64,000 bases of DNA, taken from assembly GCA_020137815.1 (NCBI GenBank), contig CM035355.1, positions 5,642,001-5,706,000 of the forward strand, written 5' to 3'. The position numbers were made by a program, and so were the translations under genes. Positions 34,001 to 46,000 of the stretch are shown piece by piece (the first letter of the stretch is position 1; each line of letters begins with the position of its first letter). Under the pieces are notes generated by a model that ran no database searches, had not been told where the DNA came from, and saw only the letters and a program-made list of their open reading frames with translations. Origin of the DNA: Hormiphora californensis (lineage: Eukaryota; Animalia; Ctenophora).

Positions 34001-37000
34001 TATGGATTTTTACAATATTTATCAAAGCTAAGTTGTTGGACAAACCTGGGATAAGGACCTCGACCGTTTCATTGGCGTCTAAGAAGTCAACGAAACAAGA
34101 AACTGAATAGTTTCCTGCAACCATATCCTCAATAGCAGCAGCCTCGATGACAACCTCAGCCTCTTTGGTCATGTCTGAAGAGTTATATGCACCCTGAGTG
34201 ACCGTTACAGAACCATTGGTTGCAGTGATGGCACTGAGCAGATCCACAAAGTAATCGCTTTCAAATGATATGTCGTAATCCTCCACGATATCGGTTAGTT
34301 TGCAAGTAATTGTAGCTGCAGTGTATTTGTTGCCCATTACAGGTTCCAAGTTTGATGTGATCAAAGCTGAAAATAAATAGGAATTAAAAACTATGAAACA
34401 TTAATTAATTTTTTTAAATTGAAAGTCAAACTGGAATGCAAAGAACAATTCTTACTCGGAACGTAGAGGGTTATGTTATTTGAGGATGAACTGTAAGACG
34501 GATTTTCAGAGATACTACAATCGACGCCAAAGTATCCAGTAGAGAGGTCCTTCAACCCGATTCCAGAAAGCACCAAGGTAGAATTCTGGGTATTATCCGA
34601 GTAGTTGCCCTGATCAACAGTGAATTCTCCATCTGTAGCATTCAATCCAATGATCTCAGAACTGAGTTGGTCGACTCCATCCCATTCAACAGTTACGTTC
34701 CTAGTAATTCCAGTGATCATGCAAGTGAATGTTATGCTGTCTCCGGAAAGGGTATCTATCGTTGTAGCACTTTCACTCACAGTCACAACTGAAAATAAGT
34801 GTTGGAAGTTGGCAACAAGTTTCAGGACATTGCAAAAAAGGATTTTCGGTTCGTTCATTGGGATATAGTATTTTTTAACATATGAAAAGTTAGGAATAGA
34901 TTGATCTTACAGATTTATTACCTGGAGTCAAGACTGTCACATCAACAGTATCAAAGTAGGAAGTGTCGTCCTGAATCTGACAAGTGATCGTATCAGAACT
35001 GCTTCTATACGCCTCTATTGTTGCTGAGTCAATTATCAGTTCAACGGTCTGTTCGTTTAATCCATAGTCTCCTTGATCTATGGTGAAAACTCCAGAGCTG
35101 GTTGAAGAAGCTGGACCACCTGTCACCAGTCCACCATCCCACTCTATGGTTGTCTGATTAACTAAACCATCGAAGGTACACGTAACCGTAGCAGTGTCCA
35201 GTTTAGAAACAGTGAAAGCCGACGTAATATCCGTCACAGCTGAAAGATTGAGAAAATTGAGAAATACAGACCTATGCATCAATTATCAAAAAATTCAAAC
35301 GCTATATTTTAATGTTCTTCGGTCAGAAAAACAGTTTACTTACTTGGTGTCAAGTAGTCAGTTTCCAATATTCCATTCACTTCAGATTCAATATCAAGAC
35401 TGCAAAGAAGAGTAAGATTATAGGCAAATCCACTCATATCATCCTTATCCACATCAAATACAGCCGTCATTGTCTCCGTAGAAGCATCATAGGCGTCACT
35501 AATAGTAGCAGTTGTTCCAACACCCGAGAAAACAACGTCCCGACTCTCCAACAGTCCAGTGATTGTACAGTTGAAGCTCGTGTCAGTTAGGTCATTAAAC
35601 TCAAGCGGACCAGTTACTGTCACATCTGGAGAAAAGATAAAAGAGTTTTAACTTTCGGGTTGATTAATTCTCCTACTACGTACGATTGAATATCTGGCTT
35701 AAATTAGAAGCGAGACTTACTTGGAACCAGGACCGTTAGTTCGTGTGTAACATTCAGATTCGAATCTATAGAAATTCCACAAGTTAGAGTTATATTTCCA
35801 GTATCTAGAGTTTCAATAACAGTTGAGTCAACAATGATAACAGTCTCTTGACTGTTAGAATCGCTGTCAAACGCTTCAGTTGAAATATTGAACTCAGGAA
35901 GCGATGAAGCAGAAATCGCAGAACTCAAATCCGTGATGTTTTCACTCGATAGTGTGAGCGTTTTTGAAGATAGAATTCCTTCCACAAGACAGGTAAAGGT
36001 GTAAGAATCCAGTCTATTAGCTCGTGACAGTGTCGAATTTGCAGTTATCTCTGAAAAATAATTTCAAGTTAATATTTTTAATAGAAGGAAGTTGATTTCA
36101 GAAAACAAATTGTCTCATTTCATTTACCCGGAATAATGACATCCATCTCTTGTGTATCGTTGAGATAATCGACAAAGCAAGTGACTGTATAGTTTCCTTC
36201 TCCTAGCCCTTCAATACTCTCAGCCCCAATAACGACCTCTGCTTCTTTTGTCAAGTCGACCGAGTTATAGGCCCCCTGGGTGACCACAATTGATCCATTT
36301 GTTGCAGTGATTGGACTGGTCATGTTTTCGAATGATGCACTTTCGAATGAAATGTCAAAATCAGAAACGATGTCCGACAATTTGCAGGTCAGAGTCACTC
36401 CTGTGTATATATTTCCAGTTGGAACAGACGCCGTTGTTGCGTCAATACCTAAAAAAGTACTCATCTATAGATAAAATTTTAACGAATAGTTTTGTTCAAT
36501 TGTCGAACAGCTTATTTACTGGTGGTTTTGTAACGCAGCTGGAGTATGCAGTAGACAGGAACCAACCAAAACCCCTTCATAACTTACTTGATACATAGAG
36601 GGTTACATTGCTAGATGTGCTTGTATAAGAAAGATTTTCAGATATACTGCAGTCGACTCCAAAGTAACCGGAAATCAGATTTGCCAAACCAATTCCAGAA
36701 ACGACCAAAGTAGAATTCTGGGTATTATCCGAGTAGTTGCCCTGATCAACAGTGAATTCTCCATCTGTAGCATTCAACCCAATGATCTCAGAACTTAGCT
36801 GGTCGACTCCATCCCATTCAACAGTTACGTTCCTAGTAATTCCAGTGATCATGCAAGTGAAGGTTATGCTGTCTCCGGAAAGGGTATCTATCGTTGTAGC
36901 ACTTTCGCTCACAGTCACAACTGAAAATAAGTGTTGGAAGTTGGTAACAAATCTTAAGAAATTGATAAAAGGATTTTCGGTTCGTTCATAATTGGGATAT

Positions 37001-40000
37001 ACCGTAAGTTGGGGTAACTTTGTTTTGCAGGGTAACTTTGGACACTATCAAAATTTGGCTTTAGTTCAAAATTACCAACAGATAACGAGAGATTTGGAAA
37101 AATTTTCGGGTTTACAAGTAACTGACCCACAAATGTCTAACTAACGGTACAATTATTTTTTCCAAGTCTATGCTAATTAGCTCCTAATTAGGGTCAAACA
37201 TAATTGATGTCAAAATCGCTAAAAATGTTCAAATCAAAATGGGTACCATAGATCTGACCGGGCAAATGATCGAATCAAGTTTGCTCCATAGAGTGGAAGG
37301 GTTTCGATCCCCAGTGCCCCGATTTTCAAAATCTTCAAAAAATAGGACGTATAATTTTCCATATTGCTTCCTTAAAATCGTGAAATTGCTTCCTACCCGT
37401 TGCTCCTCCGGCGCCGCTTCGCGGCACCGTCGTCACGATTATACGAATCGGCGATTTGTATAATCCGATTGATGTTTTTAGACCACGGACCACCAAACTG
37501 GGGTCCTATTTCAGGCAAATTTTTATACACTTTCGCATTATACAGTTAATGTACTGTGGAAGCAATGCCGGCAGCAATAATATTTTTAGTATTTGTAAGC
37601 GTCCTCCGCCCTTGGTATGCACGATTCCTGCTTTAAAACTGCAATTCTTCATACCCCATAAGTATTTAGAACAAGTATATGACATAAAAAAAATTAAATA
37701 ATTCTTCAAAATTGAGGAAATCGATTGCTTCCTCCATGACCGGCTATAAGCCATAAATCGACTCTAGCGGTCCTCGTACCGGTTCATTCCGGTAGGGTAT
37801 GATATCTGGGCAACCATACTAGTAATATTTAACTGTGCAAAGAAAAAAATCGTGTCAAATGATCGATTTAAACCGTATTTTGGTAGGAAGCAACGAGGAA
37901 GCAACGCTATTTTCTATATTGCCCCATATTTGCACAGATTTTGCTGCCGCTGTTGCTGCCGCTGATTGGACACGTACGAAGTTGTGTAATGCGATCTCCT
38001 CGCTGTGCCGCTTCTCAATACAGTATTACTGCTGTCTTTACTCGTTATTGAAGAGTCTTCAGTTTGAAAATTTTTAGGAGGGGCTCAATTGCTCCTTCGG
38101 GAGCAATTTATCACCAATTGATTTTTAGTTGAAATTGCTTCCTTGTGTCCAGATTGCTTCCAAATAAGCACTATTAACCTTTTGGGTATTTGCAAGATCG
38201 GGGCACTGGGTTTCGATCAAATAATTCGGGGCACCATTTTTTAAATCCGACCAATTACTTTAATTGAGACTAATTGGGGTGGCTAATGTTACCCCACCAT
38301 ATTTTGAATTTTGGGGTAACTTTGGACGGGGTGCCAAAGTTACCCCATACTACATGTTTTGAACTTTTGATGTCTGCAGAGTTGCCTTAAACCCTCGCTG
38401 ACTTGTTCAGAACCATCGATCTGACCAAGATTTAGCCCGATCCATGCCCATTTTCATCGATCTATTCTCTAAGGTAGGGTAGAAAGGGGTAAAATGGCAC
38501 ACCGGGTAAAATGGCACATGTATGGGGTAAAATGGTCCTAGTTATTACATGTAGTCACGTGACTTTTTCTCCAGCGGAGACCTGCTCGTTCTGTTCCGAA
38601 TTTTTGCTTTAAAACTGCTGTAATTTCTGTTTGAGTTGGCCGATTTTAATTTTGCAAAAACTGCCAGTTAGGGTTTTTATCCTTCTAAAACTTGGTATAA
38701 AAATTTTTCAAAAAACCCACTATTAAGTTGATTAAATTGTCAAATTAGTCAAACTGGGGTAAAATGGTTCACCCTCGCTGGGGTAAAATGGTTCACCCTG
38801 GGACCAATGAAATCGAGCCTCCAATACCACGTGATACCAACTGGGGTAAAATGGTCCAGCACACTGGGGTAAAATGGTCCAGCAGAACAGAAATTACTGA
38901 AGATAACATGGACCATTTTACCCCAGTGCTCTAACAACACCAGGCACGTGATAAAAATCGAGCAATGCTATTGGCTGGACCATTTTACCCCAGTGCAAAA
39001 TTTCCAAAAAAAGGCCTACCAAACTTTTTGAATTGATTAATTAAGCTATTAAATAAAACTTTCAGATTTTAAAATTTAGCTCGTCTGAAAGGAAAACGTT
39101 TCATTGGATAGCCTATATAATTTTTTTTCTTCTTGCTGTATAAACTGATTATTTTAGAACCTAAAACGTTAGAAAGTGTGCCATTTTACCCCTTTCTACC
39201 CTAGTAAAAAAAACAGAATTAGTTCTACTTTATCGAGCTAAATCATAGAAATCCGACCTGAAACCCATCAAACTTCAATAATTTGGGGTCCCTCATCCAT
39301 TCTGTAGCTTGGTAGATGGTATTGACCCTCTAGACGAGTCTATTAGTTCTTGTGGACATTCTATGCAGGAACACATGCACCAAAACTCCTTTATTTAGCC
39401 AGCACCCATAAGTGTCCGGCCACTTCCTGGTGGTCCAATTCAGTAAAAAGAACTAATACTACCGCCTAGGGGCCCAATACCACCTACCAAGCTAGAGGGT
39501 GGATGAGGGACCCCAAATTATTGAAGTTTGATGTGTTTTAGGACGTTTGTTTGTGATTTAGCTCAATAAAATAGACCAAAAAAATCCTCGTTTATTCACT
39601 ACATAAACATTTAGCGAGTAGATGGGTGAAAACGGGTGTGGATTGGGCTGAATCTTGGTCATATGGTCCTAAACAAGTCAGAGAGGGTCTAAGGCAACTC
39701 TACAAACGATCATATCGAAAACCTCAACATTTTATGTTCATTTATTTATCATTGCAAAATGTGTCCAAAGTTACCCCACCCTCATTCCAAAGTTACCCCA
39801 TGCCCTAAAACCCCACTTACACTAAAATACGTGTTAATTAATCTAATTAAATGAGACGGGACCAAAAATTTCACTAGTTATATCTGGTGTAGTGGGTCTG
39901 GAACGGGATTATTTGGTTCAAAAATTTTCGAGTGTGGTTCTGGCAAGGAGTTATTTTAGGAGAATGCTAAAAAGTGGTACAAAGTTACCCCAACTTACGG

Positions 40001-43000
40001 TAGTATCTTTTAACATATGAAAAGTTAGGAATCTTACGGATTTATTACCTGGAGTCAAGACTGTCACATCAACAGTATCAAAGTAGGAAGTGTCGTCCTG
40101 AATCTGACAAGTTATCGTATCAGAACTGCTTCCATACGCCTCTATTGTTGCTGTTTCAATTATCAGTTCAACGGTCTGTTCGTTTAATCCATAGTATCCT
40201 TGATCTATAGTGAAAACTCCAGAGCTGGTTGAAGAAGCTGGACCACCTGTCACCAGTCCACCATCCCACTCTATGGTTGTCTGATTAACTAAACCATCGA
40301 AGGTACACGTAACCGTAGCAGTATCCAGTTTAGAAACAGTGAAAGCCGACGTAATATCCGTCACAGCTGAAAGATTGAGAAAATTGAGAAATACAGACCT
40401 ATGCATCAATTATCAAAAAATTCAAACGCTATTTTTTAATGTTCTTCGGTCAGAAAAACAGTTTACTTACATGGTGTCAAGTAATCAGTTTCCAATATTC
40501 CATTCACTTCAGATTCAATATCAAGACTGCAAAGAAGAGTGAGATTATAGGCAAATCCACTCATATCATCCTTATCCACATTGAATACAGCCGTCATTGT
40601 CTCCGTAGAAGCATCATAGGTGTCACTAATAGTAGCAGTTGTTCCAACACCCGAGAAAACAACGTCCCGACTCTCTAAGAGTCCAGTGATTTCACAGTTG
40701 AAGCTCGTGTCAGTTAGGTTATTAAACTCAAGCGGACCAGTTACTGTTACATCTGGAGAAAGATAAAAGAGTTTGGACTTTTGGCTTGACTAATTTTCCT
40801 ACCGCATACGATTTAATTTCAAATATCTGACTTAAATTCTAAGCAAGACTTACTTGGAACCAAAACCGTTAGTTCGTGTGTAACATTCAGATTCAAATCT
40901 TCAGAAATTCCACAAGTTAGAGTTATATTTCCAGCATCTAGAGTTTCAATCACAGTTGAATCGACAATGATAACAGTCTCTTGACTGTTAGAATCGCTGT
41001 CGAACGCTTCAGTTGTAATATTGAACTCGGGAAGGGATGAAGCCGAAATCGCAGAACTCAAATCAGTGATGTTTTCACTCGATAGTGTGAGCGTTTTTGA
41101 AGATAGAATCCCTTCCACAAGACAGGTGAAGGTGTAAGAATCAAGTCTATTAGCTCGTGACAGTGTCGAATTTGCAGTTATCTCTGAAAAATAATTTCAA
41201 GTTAAGATTTTAAAAAGAAGCAAGTTGATTTCAGAAAACAAATTGTCTCATTTCAGTTACCCGGAATTATGACTTCCATCTCTTGTGTATCGTTGAGATA
41301 ATCGACAAAGCAAGTGACTGTATAGTTTCCTTCTCCTAGCCCTTCAATACTCTCAGCCCCAATAACGACCTCTGCTTCTTTTGTCAAGTCGACCGAGTTA
41401 TAGGCCCCCTGGGTGACCACAATTGATCCATTTGTTGCAGTGATTGGACTGGTCATGTTTTCGAAGGATGCACTTTCGAATGAAATATCAAAATCAGAAA
41501 CGATGTCCGACAATTTGCAGGTCAGAGTCACTCCTGTGTATATATTTCCAGTTGGAACAGATGCCGTTGTTGCGTCAATACCTGAAAAAGTGATTAGACT
41601 TTTAGTCCAAAATAAAAAATATAATCAAGGTTTCTTGACTTGTTTAAGTTAGACTCACTGGAGACATAGAGAGTGATATTGCTAGACGAATCGGTATAAG
41701 AAAGATTTTCAGATATACTGCAGTCGACTCCAAAGTAACCAGAGGTCAGGTTTGCCAAACCAATTCCCGAAAGCACCAAAGTAGAATTCTGGGTATTATC
41801 CGAGTAGTTGCCCTGATCGACAGTGAATTCTCCATCTGTAGCATTCAATCCAATGATAGCAGAACTGAGCTGGTCGACTCCATCCCATTCAACAGTTACG
41901 TTTCTAGTAATTCCAGTGATCATGCAAGTGAAGGTTATGCTGTCTCCGGAAAGGGTATCTATCGTTGTAGCACTTTCACTCACAGTCACAACTGAAAATA
42001 AGTGTTGGAAGTTGGTAACAAATCTTAACAAATTGATAAAAGGATTTTTGGTTCGTTCATTTTAGTGGAAGCTCTTACGGTATTCCCACGACCGTGGGAA
42101 AAGAGAGATAGATAGAAATACTAAGAGAGAGAAATTTCAATCTCTTAGTATTTCTATCTATCTCTCTTTTCCAACGGTCGTGGGAATACCGTAAGAGCTT
42201 CCACTATTTGGATAAAGTCTTTTTCAACATACGAAAAGTTAGGAATCTTAGGGATATATTACCTGGAGTCAAGACTGTCACATCAACAGTATCAAAGTAG
42301 GAAGTGTCGTCCTGAATCTGACAAGTGATCGTATCAGAACTGCTTCCATACGCCTCTATTGTTGCTGTTTCAATTATCAGCTCAACGGTCTGTTCGTTTA
42401 ATCCATAGTCTCCTTGATCTATGGTGAAAACTCCAGAGCTGGTTGAAGAAGCTGGACCACCTGTCACCAGTCCACCATCCCACTCCATGGTTGTCTGATT
42501 AACTAGACCATCGAAGGTACACGTAACCGTAGCAGTATCCAGTTTGGAAACAGTGATAGCCGATGTAATATCCGTCACAGCTGAAAGATTGAGAATATTG
42601 AGAAATACAGACGTATGTATCAAAAACTACAAACGCTGTATGTTCTTCGGTCAGAAAAATAGTTTACTTACTAGGTGTCAAGTAGTCAGTTTCCAATGTT
42701 CCATTCACTTCAGATTCAATATCAAGACTGCAAAGAAGAGTGAGATTATAGGCAAATCCACTCATATCATCCTTATCCACATCAAATACAGCCGTCATTG
42801 TCTCCGTAGAAACATCATAGGTGTCACTAATAGTAGCAGTTGTTCCAACACCCGAGAAAACAACGTCCCGACTCTCCAACAGTCCAGTGATTGTACAGTT
42901 GAAACTCGTGTCAGTTAGGTTATTAAACTCAAGCGGACCAGTTACTGTCACATCTGGAGGAAGATAAAAGAGTTTGGACTTTCGGATTGACTAATTTTCC

Positions 43001-46000
43001 TACCACGTACGATTTAATATCTGACTTAAATTAGAAGCGAGACTTACTTGGAACCAGGACCGTTAGTTCGTGTGTATCATTAAGATTCAAATCTTCAGAA
43101 ATTCCACAAGTTAGAGTTATATTTCCAGCATCTAGAGATTCAATCACAGTTGAGTCAACAATGATAACAGTCTCTTGACTGTTAGAATCACTGTCAAACG
43201 CTTCAGTTGTAATATTGAACTCAGGAAGGGATGAAGCCGAAATCGCAGAACTCAAATCCGTGATGTTTTCACTTGATAGTGTGAGCGTTTTTGAAGATAG
43301 AATTCCTTCCACAAGACAGGTGAAGGTGTAAGAATCCAGTCTATTAGCTCGTGACAGTGTCGAATTTGCAGTTATCTCTGAAAAAGAATTTCAAGTTAAT
43401 ATTTTTAAAAGAAGCAAGTTGATTTCAGAAACCTAAAATTGTCCCATTTCAGTTACCCGGAATAATGACTTCCATCTCTTGTGTATCGTTGAGATAATCG
43501 ACAAAGCAAGTGACTGTATAGTTTCCTTCTCCCAGCCCTTCAATACTCTCAGCCCCAATAACGACCTCTGCTTCTTTTGTCAAGTCGACCGAGTTATAGG
43601 CCCCCTGGGTGATCACAATTGATCCATTTGTTGCAGTGATTGGACTGGTCATGTTTTCGAAGGATGCACTTTCGAATGAAATGTCAAAATCAGAAACGAT
43701 GTCCGACAATTTGCAGGTCAGAGTCACTCCTGTGTATATATTTCCAGTTGGAACAGACGCCGTTGTTGCGTCAATACCTAAAAAAGTACTCAATTATAAA
43801 TAAAATTTAAACGAATAGTTTTATTCAATTGTCGAACAGCTTATTTACTGGTGGTTTTGTAAAGCAGCTGGAGTATGCAGTAGACAGGAACCAACCAAAA
43901 ACTTACTTGATACATAGAGGGTTACATTGCTAGATGTGCTAGTATAAGAGGCATCCTCAGAAATGCTGCAGTCGACGCCAAAGTAACCGGAAGTCAGATT
44001 TGCCAAACCGACTCCAGAAACCACCAAAGTAGCATTCTGGGTATTATCTGAGTAGTTGCCTTGATCAACAGTGAATTCTCCATCTGTAGCATCCAATCCA
44101 TAGATAACAGAACTGAGTTGGTCGACTCCATCCCATTCAACAGTTACGTTCCTAGTAATTCCAGTGATCATGCAAGTGAAGGTTATACTGTCTCCGGAAA
44201 GGGTATCTATCGTTGTAGCACTTTCACTCACAGTCACAACTGAAATTGGTGTTTGGTTTAACATTTTTAGCTCAGCAGGTTAAGTCATTTCGGTAGTTTG
44301 CCGTAAGCTTAGTGAAAAATGTCTACTAAACGGTGCCACCACAATCATTTTTTATCTTACCAGGAGTTAGGACCGTCACATCGACAGTTGATCCTGCAGA
44401 GTCCCCGTTTATGTAACATGAAACGGTATCTGAACCAGAAGAGTATGTTTTGACAACTGATGGCTCAATATCGAGGGTAGAATTCTGCTGTTCATCTGCT
44501 TGTGACCCTTGTGATATCCGTAAATCCGGATCCACTGGTGGTTTGGGTTCCACCAATCATTCCCGATGTCCAATCGATCGTTTCAGTTTTTAGAAGTCCG
44601 TCGAATGAACAATTGAAAGAATAATCGTCAATTTTGGAGATCGTTATTGCAACTGCTGGGTCCATTGAGGAACCTGAAAAAAGATATTTAAAGAACTCCA
44701 AATTTAATTCTAAGGTCAACAAAACGTGAACAATATTTGAAGATACAAAATAATTGAAGATTCAAAACGGTATCCTTACTTGGTTCCAGTACTTCGATGG
44801 TATAATCAGTCACATAGGACTGGTCAAGTTCTGGGTAGCAACTAATATTGTAATCTCCAGCGTCCAATTCTCCAATCATAGTGGAGTTGATCTCAATTTC
44901 ATCTGTCTGAGTGTATGCACTCCATGCGACACTGTTGGATAGGTCAATACCAGCCACACTGGCAGTCAGTCCGCTCTCCAAATCAGTCAGATTGTGGGAG
45001 GTTGCCCCGGTGAGAGCCCACTCTACAACTCGAGCTTGGGAGATGTTGGATGTGACGCAGGTAAAGGTAGAGTTATCCAGTCGGTTCATCTTCAGCGGGC
45101 CAGTGATGTTCGTTGCTATGGAGTTGGATGGTTGCTATGAAGTTGTGTGGTTGCTATGGAGCCTCACGACACAAAGTTGGACTATGGAGCCTCACGATAC
45201 AAAGGGAACATCAGGGAAGGTTACACAAAGTGCTTCATTGTATAGCAGTATCACACAACGAGTAATAGGTAAACAAGTACAAGAAATGGTTTTAAATCAT
45301 GCTTTGAACACAGAAAAGCAAACGAATAATGAATGAAATTTATATGGCGCGTGATATCGTTTTGGGTTGTTGAGTAAGGGGGAAGAGACTCTTCCCCCTT
45401 ACTCAACAAGTTTTGGGGCATCGCACTGTGCAAATGTGTTTAGTTTACATAAATTTGGGTACTGGGTAGAAAGAATGGGCTGAATGCTGGAGTACTTGCC
45501 AGAGGTTACTACTTCATTCCACGATATACAAAACACTTACATGGTTCGAGAATGTCGATAATCTCCTCTCCCCCCGAGACATCATCAACCAGGCACTCGC
45601 ACGTTAGGGGATTATCTGATCCGTAGTAGGACTGAGGCAATGCAGGGTTTTAATCAATAAAAGGGTGCCATAAATACACAACTTAACTATATATCTTAAC
45701 AAAACATGTATTCAGAGGAGTATAATGGGGTGGGTGGGGTGGGTGGAGGGGTGGGTGGGGTGGGTGGAGGGTTGGAGAGGGGTGGGTGGGGTGGGTGGAG
45801 GGGTGCGGGGTGGTTAATACCTTTAGATCAGAAGTTGTTAGGTCGGCAGTTACAGTCCTAACAGAATCAGTGGTGTTAACATCTTCGCTAGAGATAGTAA
45901 TCTCACTTCCAGCTGCCTCCCAGACAACATCTGAAGCATCGCTCACAAGAGACACCTCGCAGGTAAGGACGTATTGCTCGAGGGTGTCAATTGTTATGGA

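Larger units (their letters stand above)
37002..40000. mobile_element. Non-autonomous Tc1/mariner (pogo-like) element hosting two nested insertions
   Basis: TIR CCGTAAGTTGGGGTAACTTTGT, TA TSD; the paralogous intron at about 34850-34890 shows the empty site (gggatatagtat). Confidence 0.92.
32839..44239 (-). repeat. Coding tandem array: four units of five single-exon Ig-like domains (A-B-C-D-E)x4 within the giant Ig gene
   Basis: Near-identical translated exons recur: A (VTVSESATTIDTLSGDSITFTC) near 44.2/42.0/36.9/34.8 kb; B near 43.8/41.6/36.4/34.4; C (RANRLDSYTFTCLVEG) near 43.4/41.2/36.0/34.0; D (VTVTGPLEFN) near 42.9/40.7/35.6/33.5; E (SKLDTATVTCTFDG) near 42.6/40.4/35.2/33.1. Introns are about 60-140 bp unless interrupted by TEs. 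Confidence 0.95.

Noticed and set aside
32839-44239. Dscam-style mutually exclusive exon clusters
   Set aside because: Order is ABCDE repeated, not AAAA-BBBB. Introns are long enough to splice and I saw no docking/selector elements.
32434-45336. Plus-strand ORFs overlapping Ig exons
   Set aside because: Antisense shadows of the coding exons; no independent splice or homology support.
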